Counted from the first letter of the whole stretch, positions 36,160 to 48,921 are shown. The stretch is 60,431 nucleotides of DNA, filler included, from Dirinaria sp. TL-2023a (GCA_051941275.1; 3 parts of 3 records of this genome joined end to end with filler, not necessarily neighbours in it); one strand, 5' to 3'. Numbers and translations are program-made. The notes: a model not told the origin generated them from the sequence alone.

Positions 36160-37845
36160 ATGAATGTCGAGCAGTCTACTGTAACCTCGAGGAGCAGTTC
36201 GGTAACCTTACGTCCGCGCAACCGTTACCAAGCCCACGAAAATGAAGATCACGGACATCGACATGACTCTCCGCTCGCCCCGACTCCCAAGCGTACCTCC
36301 TCCATTTCGCCTTTGCGAGGAGTGTCCTCAATACCCACCAAATACCCCTCCAGAACTTCTGCCGCAAACAGGGAATCCGAAGGGGCTAGGAATTCCAGAA
36401 TAAGGCCGCCAAATCTGTTTGGATCACGATCTCCCACTACCCTTGCAACAGGCTTGTGGGGAACATCATGGTCCTCGTTGCAAGGTCTTGCTTCCAATCT
36501 GCTAGGAAGCGAGCACTCTCGACTCCAGAGCCCATCTGGATCCAAGAGGCAGCCATTGAGCGCTACACGAGGCTCCAATGCGCCAGTGTTGAGTGGTCAA
36601 TGGGGCCCTGCCGGTACAGGAGAAAGAACTATAGGGGCTGGCACGAAGGAAGATCGGATATTGCAAGTCCAAGCGAAGAGGCGGCAAGCGCTCCTTCAAG
36701 CAAACGGGCATCTCAATTTTGACGGTGCGGGAAGATTCAAGCGCAGAGACTCGGATGACATGAACGCTACATCAGCACCGCCCGGTCAGTCGGAAGATCG
36801 AGATACCCTGGTCTATGTGCACAAAGTAAAGCCAGAAGACACGCTTGCCGGGATCTTGATCAAGTACAATTGCCCCGCGCCGATCTTCAACAAAGCCAAC
36901 CGGCTCTGGCCGAACGACAAAATCCAGATACGGAAAGTCGTCTTTCTCCCTATCGACGCTTGTGGGGTCAAAGGGCACAGGCTCTCTGACGATGAAGTGT
37001 CAGGTAACGGCCTGTCCTCCCCTTTTTCTGAGGACACGATGCAAACACCAACCGACATCTTCGCGCCTCGGAAGACTTCGCCTGATCCTTCATCCCCAAG
37101 GAGAATCCCGATTCAAAGCAATCCAACTTCGCCCTCAATTTCTGTCACCACCTGTGATGAAGCATCGTACGTGCACGATTCTTGGGTGTCCCTTCCCAAT
37201 TTCCCTCTCGCAGTTGAAGTTGCCCGCCTTTCCCGTCGCAGCCTAGGTTACTTCCCCCCTAGCCGCCGGAAATCTCTCTCATTTTCCGATCTAGATACGC
37301 CTTCAGCATCGCTCGACCTGCTCCGTACAGAGCCTCGAAATAGTTCCGGCAAAAGGGAGCGCAGTGATGTTTCTCGGAGCTCGACCTCCACACGCCATTT
37401 CATGGAAAGTTTGCGAGGCCCCGGCGGTGTAGGCACAATGGGTAGGGAAGTAGCCACTCCAGGCCCTGCACAGGATGGGCTGAACAAGCTTTTCGCTTCG
37501 CATTTGCCAAACGTGGCACCTCGGTCGTCTTTCGAGTCTATGCACAGTAACTCGAGTACGGGGATCGAGAATGTAGGCGGGAAGATCGAGGGATGGATGC
37601 GGAAGATGGCGACGAAGGCGAAGGAGAGCGTGCAGCCGGCCAATAGAGGGGAAGGGGACCTGCAGGGAGATCTGATCGAACTGAGCGAGGGACTTGAGGA
37701 AGTGGAGCACGGCGAGTTTAGGGGTCGAAGCGGTAGGGGTGTTGATGCGGATCCCAGCAGTCACCCTGCAATCGACCAGGAGAGGATATTGAGTGAGAGG
37801 TTCCCACCGAGGGGAAGGGTATTTGTGAGCCCTTCAGGAACTTGA
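36160..37845 (+). CDS. non-secreted LysM-domain protein
   Basis: LVYVHKVKPEDTLAGILIKYNCPAPIFNKANRLWPNDKIQIRKVVFLP is a LysM domain within Ser/Arg-rich low-complexity sequence; no signal peptide. Confidence 0.85.
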   Translation: MNVEQSTVTSRSSSVTLRPRNRYQAHENEDHGHRHDSPLAPTPKRTSSISPLRGVSSIPTKYPSRTSAANRESEGARNSRIRPPNLFGSRSPTTLATGLWGTSWSSLQGLASNLLGSEHSRLQSPSGSKRQPLSATRGSNAPVLSGQWGPAGTGERTIGAGTKEDRILQVQAKRRQALLQANGHLNFDGAGRFKRRDSDDMNATSAPPGQSEDRDTLVYVHKVKPEDTLAGILIKYNCPAPIFNKANRLWPNDKIQIRKVVFLPIDACGVKGHRLSDDEVSGNGLSSPFSEDTMQTPTDIFAPRKTSPDPSSPRRIPIQSNPTSPSISVTTCDEASYVHDSWVSLPNFPLAVEVARLSRRSLGYFPPSRRKSLSFSDLDTPSASLDLLRTEPRNSSGKRERSDVSRSSTSTRHFMESLRGPGGVGTMGREVATPGPAQDGLNKLFASHLPNVAPRSSFESMHSNSSTGIENVGGKIEGWMRKMATKAKESVQPANRGEGDLQGDLIELSEGLEEVEHGEFRGRSGRGVDADPSSHPAIDQERILSERFPPRGRVFVSPSGT

Positions 37846-38544
37846 GCAGACGCGAGAGGCGTCATTTCCGGCATTTGGTTTGGAGCGCGCATCATGATAC
37901 GGTCTACAAGAGGTGGGTAAACGGATGGCAGGCGTCAAAGGGGAGGTGCTCGCGATTTGGATGATTCCGGGACCTGTTTCAGCGTTTCTACTGGACTGTT
38001 GGGCGTACAATCATGATGCTTGCGGCATTACGTGGGGGACTTACGGTTTGACATGACAGGCCAAGTTATGACAGCTATAGTAGAGAGCCATTGGGTAATT
38101 GCTCATGGATCGCTCACAGCCAGTCCTATGTGTCAATGTTCGACATGTTGATATTCGCGTGATTCTTACATTATTTCAATACGTGCATTACCCTTAGTAC
38201 TGCCATCCTGAGGTACCTTAAGGTAAGGTAGCTTAAGTAAGGCACCTCAGGCAACTTTGATTGCTTTGAACGCTCAAACATGTGTCCTCCAATATTCATG
38301 CCAAACCATGTGGCTGTGCAAAATCCAGGATTATTAAAAAATCGATCCACCAAGACGTCGCTAGCGTCACAGCAGTAGGTCTGACATTCTCTTTTTCACT
38401 TCATGCCTGATTCCTGGGCACTCACTCAACGTTCTCTGCAAAAGGTCTCTTCATAACATTCTTGGCACACTGAAGATCTTCTGATCTCTGAGCAGTGAGT
38501 TCCCTGTCAGAAACGTTCCAGCCTCGTATTTCTGAGTTTGGGCA

Positions 38545-40267
38545 ATGATCGGTACCTCAACTCCAGAGTATGTATTCATACGAGCAAGTATCTTTTGTCT
38601 ACATTACCTCATTCCATTTGGTGCCTTTGCCTATGTCATAATCTCGATCATTCAACCTTCTAACCGCCCAATACCGCTCATTTTCGAGATCTGGGCGATC
38701 TTAGAAGTTCTTTTTTTCACTCTAGTATTTCTTCCGCGCCGCTATGTCCTGCAAAGACCAGCTATCCATCCGGCGGACGCTCCACGCCAAAAGCGGCGTA
38801 AACTCTTCGATAAATGCCATGCAACTATCGAACAGCCGGAACAGTATCTTTCAAAATGGTTCAAGAATGCGCCCTTATCCGAGATCAAGCGGGACAACCT
38901 GAAGGATTTCTACTGCTGGGCTTTCTTGAATAAATTTGCCTACGGCTTACTAGACGACGAGGAGCTGGAAGAGTATGTCGGCAAGTTCGAGAAATTGCTA
39001 GGGAGGAAACTCGAGCCAGGGAGAGGAGTCGCGAAGCCGTTGAGATTGACGATTGATGAGGTGAAAATGATGCATCGACCGCTGGTGTGGTATCTTGTAG
39101 GTTCTGTTCCTTTGACTCGAATCGGACCATAGCCAAGGATATGTCACATTTTCGATCATAAGATTATTTGTAGATCCCTGATCAGGAAAAGAGTCACACA
39201 ACGATTATCAAAACCGAGTCTATGCTTTTCATTTGTGATAAAACCCTTAAATGTCTTGACAAGCTCAGCGACCTGGTAGATTCGGGTTCCGAAATTTCTG
39301 CTAACACGACTTCCAGATAGTTTCAATCGTGGACAGCATTACCCACATATACATGCTCTTCCACTCCTTCAGATTCTATCGCCTGCCGCTCAAGCATTTC
39401 TTCACCGTATTCCCGTTTCGTCCACTTACACTCTTCAGCCTCCACAGAAGTCCTGCAACGACGCTCACATACTGGTATCGACCTCACACGTCAAAGCAAA
39501 GACTCCCTGTTCTCTTCATCCACGGCATCGGCATCGGACTATACACATACACCAACTTCTTAGCCGACCTCAACCATCCCAATATCAGACCCTCAGATCA
39601 GGATCCCTCCGAACCACTCCCACAGGACGCCAACGACGGCGACATCGGCATCATCGCCCTCGAAATCATGCCGATCTCATTCCGCATCACGCGAGCCATG
39701 CCGGACAAAGAAACCCTCGTCAACGAAATCCACCAGATCCTGCACCACCACAGCTGGAACAGATTCATCCTCGCCGCCCACTCCTACGGCAGCGTCATCT
39801 CAACCTACCTGCTGCAATCCGCGCTCACGGCCGCCAAAACCGGGCCCCTGGTCCTCGTCGACCCGGTCTCCATCCTCCTGCACCGGCCGGATGTGGCGTA
39901 CAACTTCACCGCCCGCCGCCCGCGCATGGCGAACGAGCATCAGCTGTACTACTTCGCGGCGATGGATATGTGCGTGGCGCACACGCTGTACAGGCATTTC
40001 TTCTGGAACGAATGCGTGCTCTGGAAAGAAGATGTGCGGGGACGCGATGTTACCGTTTCTTGCTCTGGGAGGGATCTGATTGTGGATACGCGGGCTGTGG
40101 CGAAGTACCTTGTCGAAGACGAGAACGAAAACCAGAGCAGGAAATGGAAGGGTCAGGGAATCGATCTAATGTGGTTCGAAGACCTGGACCACGCGCAGGT
40201 TTTCGATCGAAGGCGGGATTACGCGGTGCTGGTCCAGGCGGTGAGGAGGTATTCGATGAGAAGATAG
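38545..40267 (+). CDS. alpha/beta hydrolase with N-terminal membrane segments, 2 exons
   Basis: PVLFIHGIGIGL, nucleophile AHSYG, LVDPV and DHA. Intron ~39097-39316 (GTAGGT...CTAAC...CAG). Confidence 0.85.
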
Positions 40268-40271
40268 ATAG

Positions 40272-40272
<1 letters not shown>

Positions 40273-40305
<33 letters not shown>
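40273..40305. repeat. (CAT)n microsatellite at contig end
   Basis: About 11 units running into the gap. Confidence 0.9.
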
Positions 40306-40405
40306 NNNNNNNNNNNNNNNNNNNNNNNNNNNNNNNNNNNNNNNNNNNNTTAATTAATTAANNNNNNNNNNNNNNNNNNNNNNNNNNNNNNNNNNNNNNN
40401 NNNNN
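40306..40405. other. artificial contig linker N44-TTAATTAATTAA-N44
   Basis: Identical to the linker at 20116. Confidence 0.97.
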
Positions 40406-40581
40406 CTTTGCCGCTAGTTAGGTGCTCAAATAGGCCATCCCGTGGTTGAATGTGGCGATAGACTAGAACGTTCCGAAATTTTGCGTTGACTCGCTGTTCG
40501 GTATCGTTTTCAGAGACCCAGGGTTTTAGTTGACCGTTGTTATATAGGCGGTGTGCACTCAAGCCATAAGGGCGCGTTGGT

Positions 40582-42847
40582 TTAGCCAGCAACTCGTTCT
40601 AGATGCTGCCGGTGCATCTTCTTTTCCAGTTTCACGCGGTCCTTCCTAGTTGGCTGAGCTTTGACAGCGCGCTTTCCGCTCGGTCTCTCTGCCCACGGAT
40701 CTTCAACGGCTGTTGTGTCCGACCATCCCTCCGTAGTCGTTACTGTACTTGCTCGTCGTGGCTCGGGTTTCGGCAGCGTTGTGGGAAGCTTTTTCGGAGC
40801 CTCTTTTGCGGGCGCCTTCTGAGGAGACGCTTTCTGGGATGGTGCCGTAGCGGCTTTGGGCTTGGGCGCTGGAGTTTTCTGTGTTGCAACGGTGCTTGCT
40901 GAGGGCTTTGTCGTAGCTGCTGGCTTTGTTGATGGTTGAGGTGTGTTTGATGCAGGTTTCGGTTTTTGAGCGGGCTGTGTCTTGGGTAAATGCTTCGGCG
41001 CAGGCTTTGCAGCTGTGGAGGGTTTGCTGGCTGTGACTGGCTTGACTGGCTTAATTGGCTTGACTGAAGGTTTGGCTAGCGATGTAGCCTTGGTTACAGT
41101 ACTTGCTGCCGGTGTCGTCATGGCCGTAGAGGGCTTCTTCGGAGCCGTTGGTTTGGGTTGAGGCTTTGGTGATGATGAACCCTGGGCCGAAGCACTGACA
41201 GCCTTGATTGGATTCGTTTGGGGTTTGGCGGCAGTAGACTTTGTGGTTGGAAGTGTTTTTGGTGTAGCTTTCAAGCTCATAGCCGGCTTTACCGGCACCA
41301 CAGCCTTGCTTAGAGGAGTATTCGGCTTGGTATTTGCTGCTGTTGGAGCCTTTGTAGTAGTCGTCTTGCCACTCTGCAAAGGCGGCGGTTTCAGCGTCTT
41401 TTTCAAAGCCGTCGAGCTTATTGTCTTCGGCTTTCCAAGCTTCGGCGGCGGTCCAACGCGCAGCTGTTTCTTAATATCTTCTTCACCGTAGTTGGCCCAT
41501 TCAGTGAGTTTCCCGAGTAGCGTTGCGGGGATTTTCAAATTGTAGAAGTAAAACAACACGATTATGAAACTGGCGATCGGTGCAAAGACCTGTAAAATCT
41601 CATACCACTTATGCGGTTTTACTTGCGTTTCTATATGACCTGCGCCACGCCGTATCTCGCCGCTGGGTGTTTGATCAATGCCAACGTCGGCTGGAAATCG
41701 TCCAGTACTCATATAGTGCTCCATGAGCGTATCTTTCTCTGCCCAGCGAGCTCGGAGCCAAAGATCAAACGCACTAATGTCATCAAGAGGTATTGAGGCT
41801 ATTGCAAATCGTCGCCAATACATATTGACAGACTTTGGCGGACGACCACTGAGTATGGATGACTGGATAGGGTATATGTCCTGAGCAAATTCGCCTCGCT
41901 TTACACCCTCGTACGCAATCGTACAATCATAGACGTAATCAACAGTCTCTCGCAAATTCAGCAAGCAGAACCGTAAGCCGGTACTCCGCGGTAGCAGCAG
42001 ATGCTGCATGTCTTTGATGCCATTCTTCTCGGCCCATTTTCTACTCTTTTCTCTTGTACACGAAGCCAGATTGGTACCTTCGGGAAAGAACATCAGCCAC
42101 ATGGGATCTTCCGACTTATTGAGTGAGTGTAAGTGTTTTGCCAGTCCCGCCTTATCTTGTTCCCAATCGCGTTTGAGAAAAATGAATTTCGACAAAGTCA
42201 TGCCCCAGCCAAACACTGGAATTTTTTTGAGAGACTCCTTCAATACGACGTGTATACGACCGTGCATGCGATTAGTGTACCCAATGTACCACAGATAGAG
42301 CCAGTCTGTATATATCTAATGCTATCAGCTGAGATTCTGGGAACTTTGTAAGCTAGCTCACCTGATGATTCGCGATGAGGACCATGCGCTCTGCGAAATC
42401 ACAGACGAGATCTCCGTCTGCTGTTTTGTGTAACTGCCCTCGCACGCTCTTACCGCCACTGACTCTGACCAGTGTCGGACTCCACCAGTTTGTCATGGTC
42501 GTTATAAGGAGCCCCCAAGACTGTTTATTGAAGGCTATCCAGTCATCGTGCCACTGCTGGTTGATCAACGCCAATGGTGCACCGAGGAACTGCGCAGCAT
42601 TGATCCTGAAAGCGTTAGCGAAGCGTCCATTCCGCTACTATTCCAGTACGGCTCACGCGATAGTTCCAAGTGCAAATTGCGAACCCACAGTAATTGCACG
42701 GCTGGTAGGATCTTTGCGTCCATACTTGATATGCGCAACAGATTCGTAGAAGTCTTCTATCTTATTACTGAGACCACTGCCAGGGATTTTCGAGAGTGCG
42801 TCAGCGTCGGCCGCCATAGCAACAGCTGGGTTAGCCTGCAAGGACAT
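40582..42847 (-). CDS. PlsC-family lysophospholipid acyltransferase (Cst26/LCLAT-like) with long K/P/A/T-rich tail, 3 exons
   Basis: IANHQ|IYTDWLY (NHxxxxD), LKESLKKIPVFGWGM, FIFLKRDW, FFPEGT, HLLLPRSTGL and YDCTIAY. Introns ~42606-42657 and ~42316-42361. Confidence 0.88.
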
Positions 42848-43163
42848 TTCGATCGATTTTTTAGATTTGTTGGAGATAGTGAAGGCCGCAGAGGAGAGGC
42901 ATTGCTTTTTTCTCAAGTCGCTGAATGTGTGGCTTGATCGTGTGCCCTGGTCTTTGATTTCATCTTTGAATGCAGCGAGAGGCGATCCTGGGCCCGCTGT
43001 GCGATGAAGTATGACCTCGCATACCCAGCAGGATTGAGACTTGGACTGGTCGCCAGTCGCGAAGTCAAAGCGAGTTTTGAGGCCGGGCTAATGTACGGAC
43101 TGCCTAAGCGCAATGACATCATAGTCACGCATCACGCGTCTGTCACTGTTCTACAGTACAATA

Positions 43164-43169
43164 CCTCGG
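43164..43169. promoter_or_regulatory. candidate FarA site CCTCGG
   Basis: 85 bp upstream of the ATG of a PTS2-bearing SDR. Confidence 0.5.
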
Positions 43170-43253
43170 CTCCGTAGTCGCTCCCTTACCCCTCGCAGAA
43201 GTGACTATGTTGTGCATTCTTTACTCTTCAACTTCCCAATTGCGAGCGCCAGC

Positions 43254-44360
43254 ATGGCACAACAGCGTGTCGCCCAGATCGCTGGCCATCTTTACCCCCA
43301 CGGAATGCTCGCCGGCCAAGTCGCCATAATCACAGGCTCCGGGCAAGGCATTGGCGCTGAAGCTGCACAGCTTTTCGCAAAGGAGGGGGCGAAAGTCGTG
43401 GTCCAGGATATTGATGGCGGTACTGTCTGCTATCACTCTATAACTTCTATTCTCTATAGATCTAATTGGCCCATTCCGTGCAGCGAAAGCACAATCTGTC
43501 GTCGACAAGATCACTCAAGCTGGCGGAACCGCCATAGCTGTCTCTGGGGACATGCTAGATGCGAACTACATTGACGAGCTCGTTAAAAAGGCTGCAGAGT
43601 TTGGCGGGGGACGGATTCATATTATTGTGAATAATGCCGGTTTTACCTGGGATGGAGTGATACATAAGGTCTCCTGCCTCCAGAAGCGTTACGCTATTCC
43701 TGGAGGGAGCCTATACTGATGAGCTTTACGAAAAGATGACGGACAAACAATGGGAGACGATACTCGCGTTGCACCAGACCGCACCTTTTAAGCTAGTGCG
43801 AGCTGCGGCCCCGTATTTCAGGGTGAAGGACGGACAGCCGAGGAACATAATTAATATCAGTAGTACGAGTGGCATCAATGGAAATGCGTATGCATCCTTT
43901 GTGGAGTTTGTGCCATACATGGGGCGCTAATTATTCCCCAGGGGTCAAGCAAACTATGGAATGGCCAAAGCAGGCGTGGCGGGCTTCTCCAAAGTCATTG
44001 CTAAGGAATGGGGCCCTTCATTTGGAGTCAGAGCAAACACGTTTGTCCTGCTTTAAGATCCTATCTTTTTGACCTTCATACTGAAACACCCTCAGAGTTG
44101 CCTTTGGGCACATCCTAACACGCCTTACCGCCGCCAAAGAAGATGGCGCTTTTGTCACAACGCCTGATGGCAGTAAGGTCGCACTCGGGATACCGAAAGC
44201 GCAGCAGCAGGCGTCGGGGGATAATTCACATGCTGATATTCCGCTGAGGAGGCCTGGAACGGCCACCGAGGCGGCGAGTGTGATCTTGGCTGTTGCGAGC
44301 CCGCTGTTTAGCTACGTAAACGGGCAGACTATCATGGTCACTGGCGGTAGGAATATGTGA
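43254..44360 (+). CDS. short-chain dehydrogenase (3-oxoacyl reductase-like) with PTS2, 5 exons
   Basis: ITGSGQGIG, VNNAGFTWD, NISSTSG, catalytic NYGMAK and YVNGQTIMVTGG. N-terminal RVAQIAGHL fits PTS2. Confidence 0.9.
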
Positions 44361-45065
44361 ATGATGGACAATTCTGTGTCTTGTATGGAAGAGTAGATTC
44401 GAAAATGGCTTCACCGAGGCGACGGTAAGGGAGTAGAAGCAGAGACCGTCTTGCTTGATGGATCGAATAGCTCGTGATATAACAGAGTAGCACGAATAAA
44501 AACATCTTTGTATATAGTAGAATAAAATCCATTCGTTTCAAACCTCCAATCCTTCACTTCTCTGGTAAAGTGCTTTACTGTTTTGTATGTAGATTAATTT
44601 TTGCATGCGTAAATACGAAGGGTCTTCAAAGTAGTCGACTCGAACGTTTCATTGCTGGCTGACAAAAAAGAGTTCGGGATCTGAATGTAAAGTATATATG
44701 ATGCAGATAGGTCTGCCAGACTGTCAGGTGATGCGCTCGACTTCACACACTAATTCAACGTACCGACTCTCGCAATGATTGATCATGCAGGAGGTAAGTT
44801 CTCTCAAGGTCTAAGGAGCAAAAACGCCTGAGCCCGCCCTACCCCTAGTGCCCCGCTCAACCCCTTATCGCCAGCTTATCTGGGTAAGGTACGTGTGCTC
44901 GGTGTGGTAAGCGCTCTAGGCGCGAAGTGATCTACCTTAGGAGCTCTCTTCGTGTACTCGTACTGTAGTCGCAGCCTAACCATTACAGGCTTTCAGAAAT
45001 TGGCAATAACAAGATACTTTCCAGAATTGAGAGCGAGAGAAGATCCGGGAGCACCTGTATCCTCA

Positions 45066-45953
45066 ATGTCTCATTCCAATTATCGCACAGATATGCAAAA
45101 GCTTCACTACAATCATGTGCATCGCGAACGCAAATGCATGACGCAGGCCCCGCAGGATGTGTTTCCCTTTTTTGGGCTACCCAAGGAGATTCGCTACATG
45201 ATTCTTGAGCTGCTTCTGGTCCGTGGGCAAGTGGCTTTGTGTCCTGATAGCGAGATTAAACGGCGCTTTCCCACATGGAAGCAAAAAAGGCCAGAATGGG
45301 CCGTCCGAGCTGTAAATCGTCAGATGCGAGCCGAGGCTGGCGACATTGTTTTCTCGTCTCGAAACACGTTCTTCGTACCAAATAGGGGATCGAACCCAAG
45401 CTGCCAAGTGGGCTGGAGCTATTGGCTTCCCTGGCCGCCTATCAGAAGCCTCGACTGTGGTTTCACGTTATGTGACATACCCCACAGTCACTCTGCGTCT
45501 ATCTCCGACTTCGCAGTTGAGAAAGCCGCTTACGACCGTGAGTTTGGTACAGGCGCTTTCGAGTCGTTGCCTCACTACACAAAACTAAGTATTCTGCACG
45601 AGAGAAAATTGGTTGGGTTGAGGTCTTCTTGGCTTTCTCTTGTAGAGGCTATACTGGGCTCGGATCTGCCTTTGGAACTCTTGAGGCTTGATCTCACAGA
45701 CTGCCGCTGCCCGATAGGTTGCTGTTGGTTAGGCCTAGACGTTGCAACACTGTTCGATAGCTTTAGCAGCGGGTGGTTTCCTAAACGAACCGAGATTATC
45801 GGCGTACCGCCACACGAGCACGTTGATGTGAAAAACGCATTAACAGAAGGATGCCACGAAAGGCGAAAAGATATCTTCTTCGTCGACCGCCAACGTTCGT
45901 TATTAGGTGCTATCGCAGAGGAGCCAGTCACAGACGCCCTCAGCCGGGCCTGA
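45066..45953 (+). CDS. hypothetical protein with F-box-like N-terminal motif
   Basis: FPFFGLPKEIRYMILELLL, VNRQMRAEA...FSSRNTF and DCRCPIGCC. Start codon uncertain (45066, 45093 or 45138). Confidence 0.7.
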   Translation: MSHSNYRTDMQKLHYNHVHRERKCMTQAPQDVFPFFGLPKEIRYMILELLLVRGQVALCPDSEIKRRFPTWKQKRPEWAVRAVNRQMRAEAGDIVFSSRNTFFVPNRGSNPSCQVGWSYWLPWPPIRSLDCGFTLCDIPHSHSASISDFAVEKAAYDREFGTGAFESLPHYTKLSILHERKLVGLRSSWLSLVEAILGSDLPLELLRLDLTDCRCPIGCCWLGLDVATLFDSFSSGWFPKRTEIIGVPPHEHVDVKNALTEGCHERRKDIFFVDRQRSLLGAIAEEPVTDALSRA

Positions 45954-46152
45954 GAGCACTATTTCGGTGCTGGCTGGAGTTCGAGGATTACGAAAATATC
46001 GAGTCTGTTGCTGTATCCCTACGAGCTTGGGACTTGAGAGAATGGGTGAGCGAGCCACAGCGTATATCACGCGGTTCCCAACGGGCTAGTGTTGTGCAAA
46101 ACCACAGTATGATTTGATTTGTAGGAGCAGCCTCTGTGGTATCTAGAGACAA

Positions 46153-47163
46153 TCATCTACCCGTTTTCCAGTACTCATCCAGCACATTCTGCCGAATTTC
46201 AAACGCCCAATGGTGGCATGTCTGATGCATAACAGGACTAACTTCCACCTCATCTTCATCTTCTCCATCATCAAAGACCTCTCTTATACCTAACGCGACA
46301 TACTTTTTCAGGAGCATCCTCCTCCATCGGCCTGTCTCACCAACGCATTTCCGCCATCTGCCGACTTGCCGGTCGTCGTCGTCACACCTTCTGCCCATAA
46401 AGAACCTGCAATACCATTGAAACCAGCCGCGAACATCATGCTCGTGGTCAATCCAGCCTGCCGCTTCCCATTCTTCGATAGACTGTCCGCACGATACTTT
46501 GTATTTGTTCACGTCTGGGTTATACTCCGGAGACACGAGCCATTTGTCAATGTCGAGGCCCGACGTCCAATCTGGAGGAAGTTCCTGCCAGTCGTCTGCG
46601 ATTGTGATCCCTAACTTTCGGGAGTATAAAGGACGAAAGTATGAGCCTCCGAAGCAGCCTTCACGCATCATTTCCTCTGGGGATTTATTCGGTAGGAACA
46701 ACGGTTGATCAGCGAAGTGATATGTCGAGTCTTCGTCCCGGCTGGGTGGCGGCGCCGTGGACTTCCAATCGGTCCATCCTGCTTGCAAACTCTCTGCATC
46801 TTTTTGTGGTAATTGGCTACTATGTGCATCTGCTGGCGGTTGTGATGCCGGCTGGCGCTCATGCTTAACTTTAGCGCCGCTCTTGCCAGTCTTTGCTCGT
46901 CTCTGACTGTTCTTTCTATCTTCAACCTCATCCGCATCACCGTACGTTGGCTTGGCCGGGGCTGAGGCAATTCGGGCTGAAGATCGGGAGGGTTGCGATG
47001 CGATATCAAGCTTGCGCTTCTTTGCTGGTCGACTTGTGGCGGCTTTCGGCTTAGGAAGGTCGAGATTTGGGTCCCTATGTAGTCCTAGGTCGTCCAGAAG
47101 CGCTCTATTGCGCCTTATATTCTCAAGTCTTTGCTCCTCGACTGAGTTGGTGACCGGCTCCAT
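46153..47163 (-). CDS. conserved uncharacterised protein (PNKSPEEM..EGCFGG / RGWFQWYCRF family) with basic N-terminus
   Basis: 336-aa single ORF; Trp-rich C-terminal domain; NLS-like PAKKRK; N-terminal helix EEQRLENIRRNRALLDDLGL. Confidence 0.85.
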   Translation of the reverse strand: MEPVTNSVEEQRLENIRRNRALLDDLGLHRDPNLDLPKPKAATSRPAKKRKLDIASQPSRSSARIASAPAKPTYGDADEVEDRKNSQRRAKTGKSGAKVKHERQPASQPPADAHSSQLPQKDAESLQAGWTDWKSTAPPPSRDEDSTYHFADQPLFLPNKSPEEMMREGCFGGSYFRPLYSRKLGITIADDWQELPPDWTSGLDIDKWLVSPEYNPDVNKYKVSCGQSIEEWEAAGWIDHEHDVRGWFQWYCRFFMGRRCDDDDRQVGRWRKCVGETGRWRRMLLKKYVALGIREVFDDGEDEDEVEVSPVMHQTCHHWAFEIRQNVLDEYWKTGR

Positions 47164-47225
47164 GGAGATGGAATTGCATGCGCTGTAGGTAGCAGTCGGA
47201 TTCTGTGCATTTAAGACATGTGAGT

Positions 47226-47250
47226 ACGCGTCAGTGGCTTGAGAACGCGT
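47226..47250. promoter_or_regulatory. two MCB-like ACGCGT boxes in a divergent promoter
   Basis: ACGCGT at 47226-47231 and 47245-47250 in a 212-bp intergenic gap. Confidence 0.55.
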
Positions 47251-47363
47251 TCAAGGGTCGTGGGGCTCGGCGCCGGATTGACTTCGGCCCGAGGGCTCAG
47301 CCAAGAGCCTCCTACAACTAGAAAAGACATTGAACTCAACAGCGGAGCATATCTTGGATCTGA

Positions 47364-48211
<848 letters not shown>

Positions 48212-48877
48212 GATTGCGTTTGATACCCCCACGGATCAGTGTTTCTGGTATAATAACCAATGAAAAAGTTAGTAATTTCTAATTGGTCTCAAAATACTTC
48301 CGTGCTTTGCTACAAAGATTCCCTCATCCAAGATTGGATCGTCTCAAAAACTGTAAATATCTTCTTCGCCCAATCCCTGATCATTGCGCGTCTTGTCGTC
48401 GTCTCTCATACATGCTATAAGTCGCTGGCAAAATCAGGAATTGAAAACAAAAAACTCCAATTCCGCTTCTAGCTTATCGAGACATATTCTTGTCCTATCT
48501 CCACAACGCGCTCTCATTTATGCCATCAGCGCATTCCCCCATCAAAATGGAACATGACAGTTCAACCCTCTACAGCAGCCAAGCAAAACCCACTCCTCAT
48601 TGAAAAAAGAACCCACCAGGCACCGGAAAATATAGTTCAAGCAATACCGCATCAATCACCACAGACATTCCATCCTTTTACCGCGAATAAGCATCGTCCA
48701 TATATAACCCAGACAATCAAAGTCTAAAGACCTCTATTACGACTGAGTATCGGGTTTGTCAAACGACCTTGACTTACCGAACATGGGGAGGCCGACCGCG
48801 TTGCCTTTTCACACGCTGCGCGCGATGGCTTAATGTCCTTGGACGGAAGCTGTATGGTGGCTTCGGGGGAGCGATGT

Positions 48878-48921
48878 GCTCAAACGGGCGTGTAGATGCG
48901 CTCAAACGGGCGTGTAGATGC
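48878..48921. repeat. 22-bp perfect tandem duplication GCTCAAACGGGCGTGTAGATGC
   Basis: Two exact copies, followed by a partial third. Confidence 0.85.
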
